A stretch of DNA of 64,000 bases from Octopus bimaculoides (lineage: Eukaryota). The notes beneath the pieces are model-generated. The model made no database searches. It was given only the letters and a program-made list of their open reading frames with translations, and was not told the DNA's origin. Below, piece after piece: positions 52,355-64,000 of the stretch (the first letter of the stretch is position 1; the number at the start of each line of letters is the position of its first letter). The DNA is taken from NCBI RefSeq assembly GCF_001194135.2, contig NC_068999.1, positions 7,598,168 to 7,662,167 of the forward strand. Reading direction: 5' to 3'. The translations under genes and the position numbers were made by a program.

Positions 52355-52396
52355 TACAGAGAAAGAGAAAGAGAGAGAGAGAGAGANNNNNNNNNN

Positions 52397-52431
<35 letters not shown>

Positions 52432-52908
52432 GAGAGAAAGAGAGATACCAGCTGAAGAGCCGGCCTATTCAATTTTTACAATAGAATATCTTATATAATT
52501 TTTTTATTTATTCCATATCAGACACAATTGCGCAATTTTTCGACAAAAAATTTCTTTGAGGATTTTTTGCCTTTTAAAATGCTTTCCTTTCGTTTGTTTA
52601 ATAAAAATTCCTCCTCCTAATCATTTTGCTTTCATTTCTTAATAGACAGCTCTCATGCAGAAAATGCCAGCTCTCATGCAAAACATGGCTGCTTCCAAAT
52701 CCTGTTTTTTGATAAAGGTAAAATTGATTAAACTTTAAACCTCAGTAACATTTTTCTGCAATTTTTCTGGATCAAATAAATAGCAAAATCGGTTTTGAAC
52801 GTCGAAAATTATTTCAATATACTAATTTGGAAATTGTGACATAATTTTAAAATCTATAAATGTGTGTATAGGTGTATGTACATGTATATGCATAATGAGA
52901 GAAAGAGG

Positions 52909-52965
<57 letters not shown>

Positions 52966-53940
52966 ATGTGTGTGTATGTATGTGTTTGGATTTGTGTCTC
53001 AGTGTCTACACCCTTGTAACGTAATAATCCGGGAAAAGAATAGACACAGACTAAGTACCAGATTTAAAAAGGCAACTTAAATAGAAAAGTACAGTACTGT
53101 TTTGCGTCGCTTTGTACGGACTAATCCCTTCTAGGCGCTGATCACATCCAGGTCGCAATCCAGTGACCGAGTGAAACAGAAGAATAAAAATTATATGCAA
53201 GGATAAAAGGATAAATTTCAAATTGAAGGTTACTGGTATAAGAAATTCCCATCTTAATAACAACATCTCATTTACGAACATTAGAAGACATAATAAATAA
53301 TATGTTTACTAAAAGATCTGTGATGATTTTAAACGTTGTACAGCTAACAAACGAGGCAATAAACTCTATTCAGCTAACGATAAAGCTACACATATGAGTA
53401 GCGCTTATATTTATTTATTGTTATAACATACTTAAAATCTATGCATTTATGGTAGTATATGTCGCAAAGGAATTGTTATATTTCTGAAAACATTCTTTAT
53501 AGATGAAGGTCATATTTTCTACTTCAGTGGAAAGTTAATCTCTGTGTGAGATGTGTTGAATATTTATAATTATTGTTCTTTAAGTATCTTCTCATTTTGT
53601 CCTTTCATTAACATCCTCTATACAGTAGCTTTGTCTCGTGCCCCCTACTTCTTCTTTGTATATAGCATTCTATATTAGCTAATTATACTATTACTGCGGT
53701 TCCACCATCACATCCTCCCCCTCCTCCTCCTCTTCTTTCTACTATAGCCACAAGAGCGGTAATTTTTGAAGGAGGGTGTGAGTCGATACATCGACCCCAG
53801 TGCGTAACTAGTACTTATTTTATCGACAAAACAACCACAAACACCAGTTCATATACACACACACATACACGCACACGCACAGAGGCACAGACAAAAAGGC
53901 CCACACTCGTAAACTGCATACACAGACACACAGAGGCACA

Positions 53941-54020
53941 CACACTTATGTACTGCGCGCACACACACACTTATGTACTGCGCGCACACACACACTTATG
54001 TACTGCGCGCACACACACAC
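53941..54020. repeat. 25-bp tandem repeat x3 (CACTTATGTACTGCGCGCACACACA)
   Basis: Directly visible. Confidence 0.92.
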
Positions 54021-54721
54021 GCGTATAAGAGGGCATTCTCAAAAGTCCCTTCTACCCAATCACCGCCAATGCATCAGGCATCCCAACGCTTTGGTAGCAT
54101 TCACTTTCCCAAGGTGCAATACAATGGGACTGATCCAAAACACGTGTTTGCGAAGCGAACTGCTTAATCACATACCCGTTCCTACAGGTGATTTTGTGAC
54201 TATTTCTAGCATGTCAAGAAACCACACACGTAAACGCACACACATAAAGGCACTTTCACTGTAAGCATCTATCGATTTATATATTTCAAATAAACAACTT
54301 GCGTACATTCTGTTCTCTAATAAAATTGTAAAATGCATTTCAGTGAGTTTAAGCCAAGATTTCAACTACATCTTTAAATGTCGAACACAAAGAACTTTCA
54401 ACATTACAAATCTGGCAACTAATGGCTTCTCCTGTCCTCCCTCCTTTACTCTCACACAGCCTTATCTTCTCTTCGATATTCTTCCACTTTATCGTGGTGC
54501 GTTAATTCAGAGATGTCGTCAAGGCTAAATTGGATGCCTTTACATATCAAATGCAACATCAATTTCCATCTAGATTACATATAGTGTATTTATCAACACG
54601 TTTAGTGAACCTATCAGCTTTCAATAAAGTTTGTTAGCTTCACTTTTCGTAGAACTAATATTTTACAATGTTTTCAAAAGACAGAAAGATATCTCTCGTT
54701 CATAAACTCATATACTTTCTT

Positions 54722-54811
<90 letters not shown>

Positions 54812-55822
54812 CTTCTCTCCCTCTTCAACTATCTCTCCCTCTCTCATATATATACATATATGAACATACGTGTAGGTATTGGTATATACATATGCATATA
54901 TATATGTATATATATATATATATATNNNNNNNNNNNNNNNNNNNNNNNNNNNNNNNNNNNNNNNNNNNNNNNNNNNNNNNNNNNNNNNNNNNNNNNNNNN
55001 NNNNNNNNNNNNNNNNNNNNNNNNNNNNNNNNNNNNNNNNNNNNNNNNNNNNNNNNNNNNNNNNNNNNNNNNNNNNNNNNNNNNNNNNNNNNNNNNNNNN
55101 NNNNNNNNNNNNNNNNNNNNNNNNNNNNNNNNNNNNNNNNNNNNNNNNNNNNNNNNNNNNNNNNNNNNNNNNNNNNNNNNNNNNNNNNNNNNNNNNNNNN
55201 NNNNNNNNNNNNNNNNNNNNNNNNNNNNNNNNNNNNNNNNNNNNNNNNNNNNNNNNNNNNNNNNNNNNNNNNNNNNNNNNNNNNNNNNNNNNNNNNNNNN
55301 NNNNNNNNNNNNNNNNNNNNNNNNNNNNNNNNNNNNNNNNNNNNNNNNNNNNNNNNNNNNNNNNNNNNNNNNNNNNNNNNNNNNNNNNNNNNNNNNNNNN
55401 NNNNNNNNNNNNNNNNNNNNNNNNNNNNNNNNNNNNNNNNNNNNNNNNNNNNNNNNNNNNNNNNNNNNNNNNNNNNNNNNNNNNNNNNNNNNNNNNNNNN
55501 NNNNNNNNNNNNNNNGTTGTCTTCTTATGCAGAGTTTGACCACCTCCACCACCTACACCTTAGAAGCATCGTGGCATCTGATGTAGCTTTATAAAGTAGA
55601 CAATGTTTCGAAAATACATTCACACAGATTGCATATTCGATTTGGACCACCTGGTATTACCTCAGTATGGAGGGTCATTTTTATAAGGTGTACGGTAGTA
55701 GGTAATTTAAAAGGTAAAACCGTGGTTTAATATATATAAAAAACGATAAGAAATGGAGCAATAATAACAATTAGAAGTGAATCATTGGAGTTTTAAAGTC
55801 ATTTATTAAAGGTGAGAGTATG

Positions 55823-55898
55823 CTTACAGCTGTTTCAGTATATATTCTGGGGTAAATTTACATTTACCTCGTTGCAATTGATAGACATCATCAGAAGG
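55823..55898 (-). ncRNA. Hammerhead-like motif with branched helix II (degenerate helix I)
   Basis: cctt-CTGATGA-tgtctat...GGTAAAT-gtaa-ATTTACC...atatact-GAAA-cagctg-TA-ag; shares GAAACAGCTGTA with the 50111 copy. Confidence 0.55.
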
Positions 55899-56169
55899 AT
55901 TATATGGCAAAGATAAAATAGAAGGAGAATAGAAAGATGTAGGGAAAGGAAAGGAAAATAAGTAATGTTAATTCAATGGTCTTACATTTTGTGAGGTATT
56001 TCATTCAATATATCATTTAGAAGATAGAAGAGGAGTTAGTTTAATCCAATGTGTTATAATTAATTAGTTTCATAATTGCACTTGTCGAAGGCTCTAACAT
56101 CTGGTGGTAGTGGCTAGTTGACCGCCGGTGTAACCCGAGGGAGTTATCGCTATTGGGGATATCCGGTGT

Positions 56170-56468
56170 AGTTAATTGGACCTATGTGACACAAAAAAGA
56201 CGTCAGGAGGTAGCCAACGTGAGATGAAGAGATCAAGGAAGAGGAAGACGACAATTATTCACGTAGTAATTGGTTCAAGTGGTACATCGCCCAAAAGGCT
56301 AGCAAAGAAGCTGGAGGATATTGGGATTGAAACACGACGGTCAACCTGCAGGAAGACTCAATCTTGTGCTCTGCAAGTATCTTAATGAACATTCTCGATA
56401 TTCTTAGGAGACTTGTCACCAAACTCCAGAATATTATCTCTTCAAATTAAATTATCATGTAATGGCTT

Positions 56469-56545
<77 letters not shown>
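56170..56545 (+). mobile_element. R4/Dong-like RLE retrotransposon 3' end (distinct subfamily) with (AAT)n tail
   Basis: EMKRSRKRKTTIIHVVIGSSGTSPKRLAKKLEDIGIET resembles the E...LW....VVPIVIGALG.....L...L..LGI motif; followed by (AAT)n. Confidence 0.7.
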
Positions 56546-56546
<1 letters not shown>

Positions 56547-57377
56547 GTATCATGCCCACTGTGGGCATGATATTACGTTATATAGTGTTACATCGACATA
56601 AAATACTCTTAGAAATAGAGAGAAACCATTTAGGGAATGGAATGTCTATCAGCGTGATTTAATGAAATATCAGTACATGTTATTTGAGTTTATAGGGAAA
56701 ATAATTATAAATTGGAAATAAATTGAATATAATATGTTATATTACTTATTCATAGAATATGTATACAGTAAACCCATGGATCGTATGACGTGGACTAATA
56801 AATTGTTGAACAAATTAATTTTGGTCCGGGAAAGAGTCCGATACGTATAAGACGTGAAAAATGGAGTAGAAACTATATTGCTTCATGTAAAAAGTATTGA
56901 TATATATATTTCACNNNNNNNNNNNNNNNNNNNNNNNNNNNNNNNNNNNNNNNNNNNNNNNNNNNNNNNNNNNNNNNNNNNNNNNNNNNNNNNNNNNNNN
57001 NNNNNNNNNNNNNNNNNNNNNNNNNNNNNNNNNNNNNNNNNNNNNNNNNNNNNNNNNNNNNNNNNNNNNNNNNNNNNNNNNNNNNNNNNNNNNNNNNNNN
57101 NNNNNNNNNNNNNNNNNNNNNNNNNNNNNNNNNNNNNNNNNNNNNNNNNNNNNNNNNNNNNNNNNNNNNNNNNNNNNNNNNNNNNNNNNNNNNNNNNNNN
57201 NNNNNNNNNNNNNNNNNNNNNNNNNNNNNNNNNNNNNNNNNNNNNNNNNNNNNNNNNNNNNNNNNNNNNNNNNNNNNNNNNNNNNNNNNNNNNNNNNNNN
57301 NNNNNNNNNNNNNNNNNNNNNNNNNNNNNNNNNNNNNNNNNNNNNNNNNNNNNNNNNNNNNNNNNNNNNNNNNNNNN

Positions 57378-57411
<34 letters not shown>

Positions 57412-57709
57412 GTGGGAGATAATTTATGTGTGCTTGCATGTATGTATGGATGCATCTATGCATGTATGTATGTATGTATTTATGTATTAGGCAATGAGTA
57501 AGGAAACCAGGCAAAAAGTTAGTTGCATGTTTCAATAAATGTTTCAGTGGTTTAATGTTTATATATGCGTATGTATGTGTTTGTGTTAGGTCTTTGATTT
57601 TGTGTATGTATACAAGCATATATGCACATGTGTATGTAGTTTCTTAGTGTAGGGGCTTCTGTCTAACCGCTCATACATACACATACACACACCCACCCAC
57701 ACATATATA

Positions 57710-57966
57710 TGACGACTGCCTTGTTTAAGTCTCCGCCTGCCAAATCCATACAAAAGACTTTCTAGAAGAAACCATCCAAAGGCACACGAAGATGGACTGA
57801 ACCGAGAACCATGTGGTTGGGATTCAAGCTTGTTAACATACAAAAACAACTGCGCCTATAGAATTATATCCATATTCTCTTTATATTCCACATTGAACAC
57901 GGTTTCGGAACCCGAAACCGTGTTGTTGGTAAGCAAGCTACTTACGACACAGCCACTCCTGCGCCT
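57710..57966 (-). mobile_element. Two SINE fragments
   Basis: Minus heads ...AACCACATGGTTCTCGGTTCAGTCC and GTGGCTGTGTCGTAAGTAGCTTGC...GGTTTCGGGTTCC. Confidence 0.65.
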
Positions 57967-58052
57967 ATATCTACATATATATGTAGACACACACACAATC
58001 CGTTTCCGTTCTGCTGCAATGTTTGTGTTTCTAAGTATAACTGCACTCATCC

Positions 58053-58104
<52 letters not shown>

Positions 58105-58505
58105 CTTGGTATGTCATTCTGCCCATACAACTGTCTCTCCCACATCCCTCTCTCACACACGTACACACCTAACCTTTACTATACACGTTGGACAATTAAA
58201 CGAATCCGATATTAACGCAACTTATAACACAAAGCAAGCAAAGATCAACGCACACAACCTTTCACTCATCCAGACAAATTATTTACAGCTGAGCTAGTTA
58301 AACAAATATTTATGTTGCAGTAACAGAACAGTTGATTTTGACAAGCTCGTTCAACATTAAGGCAATTCCTCGTGTGGTTCAGAAAATTGTTTTCAATTGA
58401 AAACTCAACAGAGTATTTAACGTATGGCATAACGTCTTCAAAGTCTGCACATTTTTGTTACGTCTCCAACGTCAGCAGTTTTATACACTTCTATCCTTCT
58501 CGATA

Positions 58506-58830
58506 GAGGAGGCGCAATGGCCCAGTGGTTAGGGCAGCGGACTCGCGGTCGGAGGATCACGGTTTCGATTCCCAGACCGGGCGTTGTGTGTGCTTATTGA
58601 GCGAAAACACCTAAAGCTCCAAAAGGCTCCGACAGGGGCTGGTGGCGACCCCTGTTGTACTCTTTCGTCCCAACTTTCTCTCACTTTTTCTTCCTGTTTC
58701 TTGAGTAACGCTGCGATGGACTGGCATCCCATCCAGCTGGGGGGGAATACATACGCCATAGAAACCGAGAAACCGGGCCCGTGATCCTGGCTAGGCATGA
58801 AAAGGGCGCATAAATAAATAAAAATAATCT
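58506..58830 (+). mobile_element. Full-length tRNA-derived SINE with A-rich tail
   Basis: TGGCCCAGTGGTTAGGGCAGCGGACTCGCGG...GGTTTCGATTCCC head; CTGCGATGGACTGGCATCCCATCCAG central block; (TAAA)n tail. Confidence 0.9.
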
Positions 58831-58856
58831 TTCTCGATATACGAAGTCCAAATTGT

Positions 58857-58900
58857 GGAGGGGCAATGGCCCAGTGGTTAGGGCAGCGGACTCACGGTGG
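58857..58900 (+). mobile_element. Isolated duplicate of the preceding SINE's 5' head
   Basis: GGAGG(G)GCAATGGCCCAGTGGTTAGGGCAGCGGACTC(A)CGGT is nearly identical to about 58506-58550. Confidence 0.8.
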
Positions 58901-59187
58901 GTAAATGTGTGTAAATACTGCATCGCAAACACTCATATGAACACACATACGTATACACACACACGCACAGATGCACATAAAAATACATACTTATGCACAC
59001 AGGCATGCACACACACACACATATCTTTTATTATTTACTTTTTCAATAAGGAAACGTTAATCACGCCTGAAAAACCGCCTGAGCATGTTTTAGTCAAATT
59101 GGCACTTATTCTGTCGACTATTTTTCTCGAACCGCTAAGTTACCGTTACCAAAACAAATCTGAGCTACATAATTAGAACTAATCTAC

Positions 59188-59230
59188 TCCAGACTGATGA
59201 AAAGTAGTAGCTCTGAAACTAGTCTCTGGA
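59188..59230 (+). ncRNA. Minimal type I hammerhead ribozyme
   Basis: TCCAGA-CTGATGA-aaag-tagtag-ctct-GAAA-ctag-TC-TCTGGA: perfect 6-bp helix I, canonical core, palindromic helix III, GUC triplet; one mismatch in helix II. Confidence 0.85.
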
Positions 59231-59474
59231 TGCTGGCTTTGCTGGGTGGCAGTGCTTATCTCCCCTGTTTGAAAACTTAAGTACAGAGAACGCTTGTGTC
59301 ACGTATCTATCTGGAAACGATGTTTCCTGGGGCTAAAAAGCAGTAGCATTCTTTGCTTTGCTGGGACTGCTACATTAAGTCGGCAACAAACCATCACTTT
59401 ATCTTGCTCCTACAGTATAAGTGATGCTTTGCCCCGTGAATAAGCAATATCCCAGTTTTATTTTCGGCTACACA

Positions 59475-59514
<40 letters not shown>

Positions 59515-60996
59515 GGTACAATTACGCACACATGCACAAACATGGGGGCGCATGCACACACCAAGATATGTTTATATGTATGTAAGTATATCTTCACGGA
59601 AACGAGTACTCTCACAGTGTACTCATAATCTGATAACATAACCTGCTCGTAATCTGAAAGCCCAAAAAATAAAAGTACACTTGTCAGTAAGATGCTTAAT
59701 AATTTTTAAACTAATTAATAAAATATTCAATTACTGATACCCTAAATAAATTTTAATGGATACTCTGAACATCTTAATCCCACGATTTTAGAATCGTTGC
59801 ATCAAATGAAAATAAGTGCACAAAAATGTCATTAAATCTGATGATTTGATTATCTCTGTTATCTTTAATTTTCCGTGGATTGAACAATTTCAGCAACTTT
59901 TTGATTAATTTCATGTGAAAGTCGCATCGCTAAACGTAATGGTATTTTTCTGTTAATGAACAGATAAAACTGTTATTTAAGTACGTTCATACTTAATTGC
60001 AATAGTCGAAGTGTTGTTATAATTACAGCTATAATTAATACTAGCATTTTCAATTTAACCAATAGATTATTTATGCATGTATATATGTATATACGTATGT
60101 ATGTATTCATGTGTGTATGCACGTATGCGTGTATGTATGTGTCTATGTATGCATGCATGTATGTAAGCATGTATGAATATATGAATGCATATATATATAT
60201 ATATATATATATATACAAATGTATGTGTGTGTATGTATGTACAAAAGTATTCATGAATACATGTGTGTGGAGGGTTTGTCTATCATCTCTCTCTTTCACA
60301 CACACACACACACACNNNNNNNNNNNNNNNNNNNNNNNNNNNNNNNNNNNNNNNNNNNNNNNNNNNNNNNNNNNNNNNNNNNNNNNNNNNNNNNNNNNNN
60401 NNNNNNNNNNNNNNNNNNNNNNNNNNNNNNNNNNNNNNNNNNNNNNNNNNNNNNNNNNNNNNNNNNNNNNNNNNNNNNNNNNNNNNNNNNNNNNNNNNNN
60501 NNNNNNNNNNNNNNNNNNNNNNNNNNNNNNNNNNNNNNNNNNNNNNNNNNNNNNNNNNNNNNNNNNNNNNNNNNNNNNNNNNNNNNNNNNNNNNNNNNNN
60601 NNNNNNNNNNNNNNNNNNNNNNNNNNNNNNNNNNNNNNNNNNNNNNNNNNNNNNNNNNNNNNNNNNNNNNNNNNNNNNNNNNNNNNNNNNNNNNNNNNNN
60701 NNNNNNNNNNNNNNNNNNNNNNNNNNNNNNNNNNNNNNNNNNNNNNNNNNNNNNNNNNNNNNNNNNNNNNNNNNNNNNNNNNNNNNNNNNNNNNNNNNNN
60801 NNNNNNNNNNNNNNNNNNNNNNNNNNNNNNNNNNNNNNNNNNNNNNNNNNNNNNNNNNNNNNNNNNNNNNNNNNNNNNNNNNNNNNNNNNNNNNNNNNNN
60901 NNNNNNNNNNNNNNNNNNNNNNNNNNNNNNNNNNNNNNNNNNNNNNNNNNNNNNNNNNNNNNNNNNNNNNNNNNNNNNNNNNNNNNNNNNNNNNNN

Positions 60997-61044
<48 letters not shown>

Positions 61045-61794
61045 GTGTGTGTGTTCTTGTAAGTATATGTGTATATTAGTTTACGATATAGCAACGAATT
61101 AAAACTCGATATGTTAAAGCTTAAAGTACTGGCAATTGTACCCACATTTCTAGCACATGTGTATTTGAAAATACTGATGTAAATCGTGGAAATTACAGAC
61201 ATATATTACCAGTAATGATACTTATAGCCACATCAGTTATAGACATGTGATAAATCTGTGGATATATCTTAGAGATAGAACTATTCGAGTGTCAAACCTG
61301 AGAGAAGAATTTTAAATCAACCAATAGGTTTTATTTTACGCCATAGAAAAGAATAGACGTGATATACAATATGGAATTGTAGATAAAGAAGACAAAGGCA
61401 ATTTGGAAGTTGGCTTTACGATGCAGTTTTATTTAGGTGCATTATGAAATTTGTAGTTACAGAGAATTACAATTGTTGAAGATGTGGTTACAAAGGAGAT
61501 ACAGATGGGAGGAAACTCTAATAAAAGCTCGCATCTAGATATGAATGAAATATTTTAGCACATAACTGATTTATGTTGTTTAGAAATATATAGACATTTA
61601 ATACAGAATTATTAACTCAGAATACGCGCATACACAATAACTATACACTGCAATTTTCTCGCATGCGATATATATATATATATGTATATAGATATTCATA
61701 TATATATGTATAGCAAACATACATGTACACATATACGCATAGATACGTACAAATATACATATATACATACATATATATACATATATATGTACAC

Positions 61795-61850
<56 letters not shown>

Positions 61851-62329
61851 ATAGAAAAGACAACAAAAGAAAGAAAGAGACCTCGAAATTATGTAAATAA
61901 AGGAATTTATCTGTAAAATATATGTGACACTTATTCGGCAGCCATGATAAAACTCCGATTTTTGTCATGGCTACCGAATATTTTTACAGATATATATATA
62001 TAGCAAATGAAAGAGAGAAGGTGGAATATACGAAAATATATTATTAATCACGACAATTGTTTCGACACATCTATCATGGATTAGTCTTGGGTGGGACACC
62101 CAGCAACTGGTTCAGGAGCACCGGTGGCGCAAAAGTATATCGTCGGGTGATAAATACGGGATGGAGCCGTATGTTTCTGTTTGTATGTTTAGGGTATTTT
62201 ACAGTCATTAATACATGTCTATATTTCTTTTTACTCAGAATAACATACGTGTTACACTGAAATTAATGCAACAGAGAGTACATCATATGTTTCTTTTTTA
62301 TTAACTGATGCACAGCGTTGAAATTGCGC

Positions 62330-63010
62330 ATGCTGGTTGAGCTCCTCATCCTCCATCGAAACGTACTAGCCAAACCTAGGTTTTTATCAAAAGGGAGGCA
62401 TCGAACGCAGCATTCTAATCCACGTCTTAGACATATGGCGCATGATTGTTTTCCTCACCTATTCATCACCCATTTCACCGCATCTGCGTTATCAGATCGT
62501 TGTCCCCTAAGACTCTTCTACATTGAACTGGATCGGAAGAATTTGGAGAAAGACATATCCGAGCTGAACAGTGTTTAAGATACCAGTGACCAACTCAAAA
62601 TCCCGATTGTCTGTTTTGCTGCCAAAGATAAAAGGGTCACACACTGACATGGTGAATGTGGATGGTTTTCAGATTATCTTTCCTCGTTCTTTTTCTCCTA
62701 CTGGCTTCTCGAAATTTTTTGAGTGTCTCAATATACCTTTCACTGTTCATAATGCAGTCACGTGTAGAAACTCCTTGTCGTCCGACACTGTGCCGCCATG
62801 ACTTTCTCTGAAGATCACTGACTTTTGAACGTATTTAGGTTGTAGAGAAAATGCATCGTACCATTCCATGGATTAAGCCCTCATTTCTGGTTGCGACCAA
62901 ATTTGCAAAAAGTAGTATTTTCATTGGCTTCAAATGATTCCAGGCGTTGAGAGCAGACTTAGTATTTCTCTTATTGAATATGGCATCACATCACTTTTGG
63001 CATAATTCCT
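62330..63010 (-). mobile_element. Decayed mariner transposase (catalytic C-terminal half)
   Basis: Minus translation fragments ..RKVMA.., MNSERYIETLKKF...RRKR, ..KSLRGQR..NADAVK.V align with the mariner DD(34)D region; many stops and frameshifts. Confidence 0.75.
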
Positions 63011-64000
63011 CTGACAGAAAGATTAAAATAAACATCTTTTTCTCAGGATTAAAATTTCAGAACTTTATGAACTCCTTATTGATAGAGAAGCTAAAATAAG
63101 TAAATTTCTTTGACGGATTTGTTGGCATGTGTCAGATGTACATGAAAACCAACTCATATGACACCATCACGAATGAACTTAGATTTTAGTTTGGGATTCT
63201 ATGTCAGTGCAGAAATTAATTCCATAAATATGTGCAGGGAATATACTTATAGGTGGTCGGATATTTAACATGTTCTGGTGGTGCTTTTGCTATAGTTAAA
63301 GGATTTGTAAGCCGTATCTTTGAGAATGTTTACTTTTCACTTAAATCAGAAATCGGGCTGCGGCCACGTTGGCTTTGAAGATTATTCCCTGAAAGGTTTG
63401 TTACTTATTCTACGGGTCTATTTTGTTGAACCGTTATTTTACGTGGACGTAAACAAACTGACACGATCTTCAAACGCTGATAGGGGAGGTACAAAAGCAC
63501 ACGCAAACACACTGTCCGTGTGTATAAGTATGTATGTATGTATGTATGTATGTGTGTATGAACGCATGCATACTTGCATACAGACAACAGACTCCTTCAC
63601 AGTTTCCCTGTAGGCAATAAACTCACGAGGCAATAAACTCAATAAACTCAATAAACTCAGGAGGTCGACTCGGAGCTGTAGTATAAAGCCACACTCCAAA
63701 ATGCCGTATAGTAGGATTGAACCCGAAACCAGTTCGTTGCAAAGCGAGCTTCGTAATCACACAGACATGCAGTTATTTCTTCTAATGATTTTTTTTCCAA
63801 TGTGATGGAGACCAATGTGATGGAGAGCTAGGAAAGCAATCTTCAGAGAGGGACCTTGAAATAATGTTGACAACGGAGCAGAGACCGCTAAAGCAGTGAA
63901 AAGGCAGCTTCGGATGTTAAGCAGAACGACACATTAAGATATTCACCCATGGAGGTTAAAGCAGGATTTGAACTCAGATTGTGATGAGTTCGGAAAAGAA

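Larger units (their letters stand above)
1..64000. repeat. Dense simple repeats ((TA)n, (CA)n, (GA)n, (TATC)n, (TATG)n, (TAA)n, (TTC)n, (GAT)n, (ATGG)n) plus assembly N-gaps (e.g. 740-797, 1565-1958, 8649-9470, 33152-33732, 54926-55516, 60316-60996)
   Basis: Directly visible; gaps are mostly flanked by dinucleotide microsatellites. Confidence 0.98.

Noticed and set aside
58506-58580. tRNA genes (also 40250-40312, 37425-37490, 43570-43640)
   Set aside because: A/B-box heads continue into SINE bodies and lack a complete cloverleaf.
491-61968. Most supplied ORFs (YIYI, HTHT, CVCV, LSLS, ERER, poly-X, poly-L/S/N/M)
   Set aside because: Translations of microsatellites and N-gaps, not genes.

Overview
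AT-rich, microsatellite-saturated eukaryotic DNA from a gapped short-read assembly, with about 16 N-gaps mostly abutting (TA)n or (CA)n tracts. The SINE families and simple-repeat spectrum suggest a coleoid cephalopod, probably Octopus (inference). No complete gene is recognisable, and nearly all supplied ORFs are microsatellite or N-gap artefacts. Recognisable content: many tRNA-derived SINEs; decayed non-LTR retroelements (Penelope-like GIY-YIG, three R4/Dong-like 3' ends, RTE, an APE-endonuclease LINE piece); two mariner remnants and one Tc1 remnant; and several unverified minus-strand exon candidates. The most striking unannotated signal is a set of at least eight type-I hammerhead-ribozyme-like motifs on both strands. 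They have CUGANGA or CCGAUGA plus GAAA cores, closing helix I, and short, often palindromic helix III, and they fall into several sequence families, consistent with Penelope-associated or retrozyme-like elements. All folds were assessed by eye; no searches were run.
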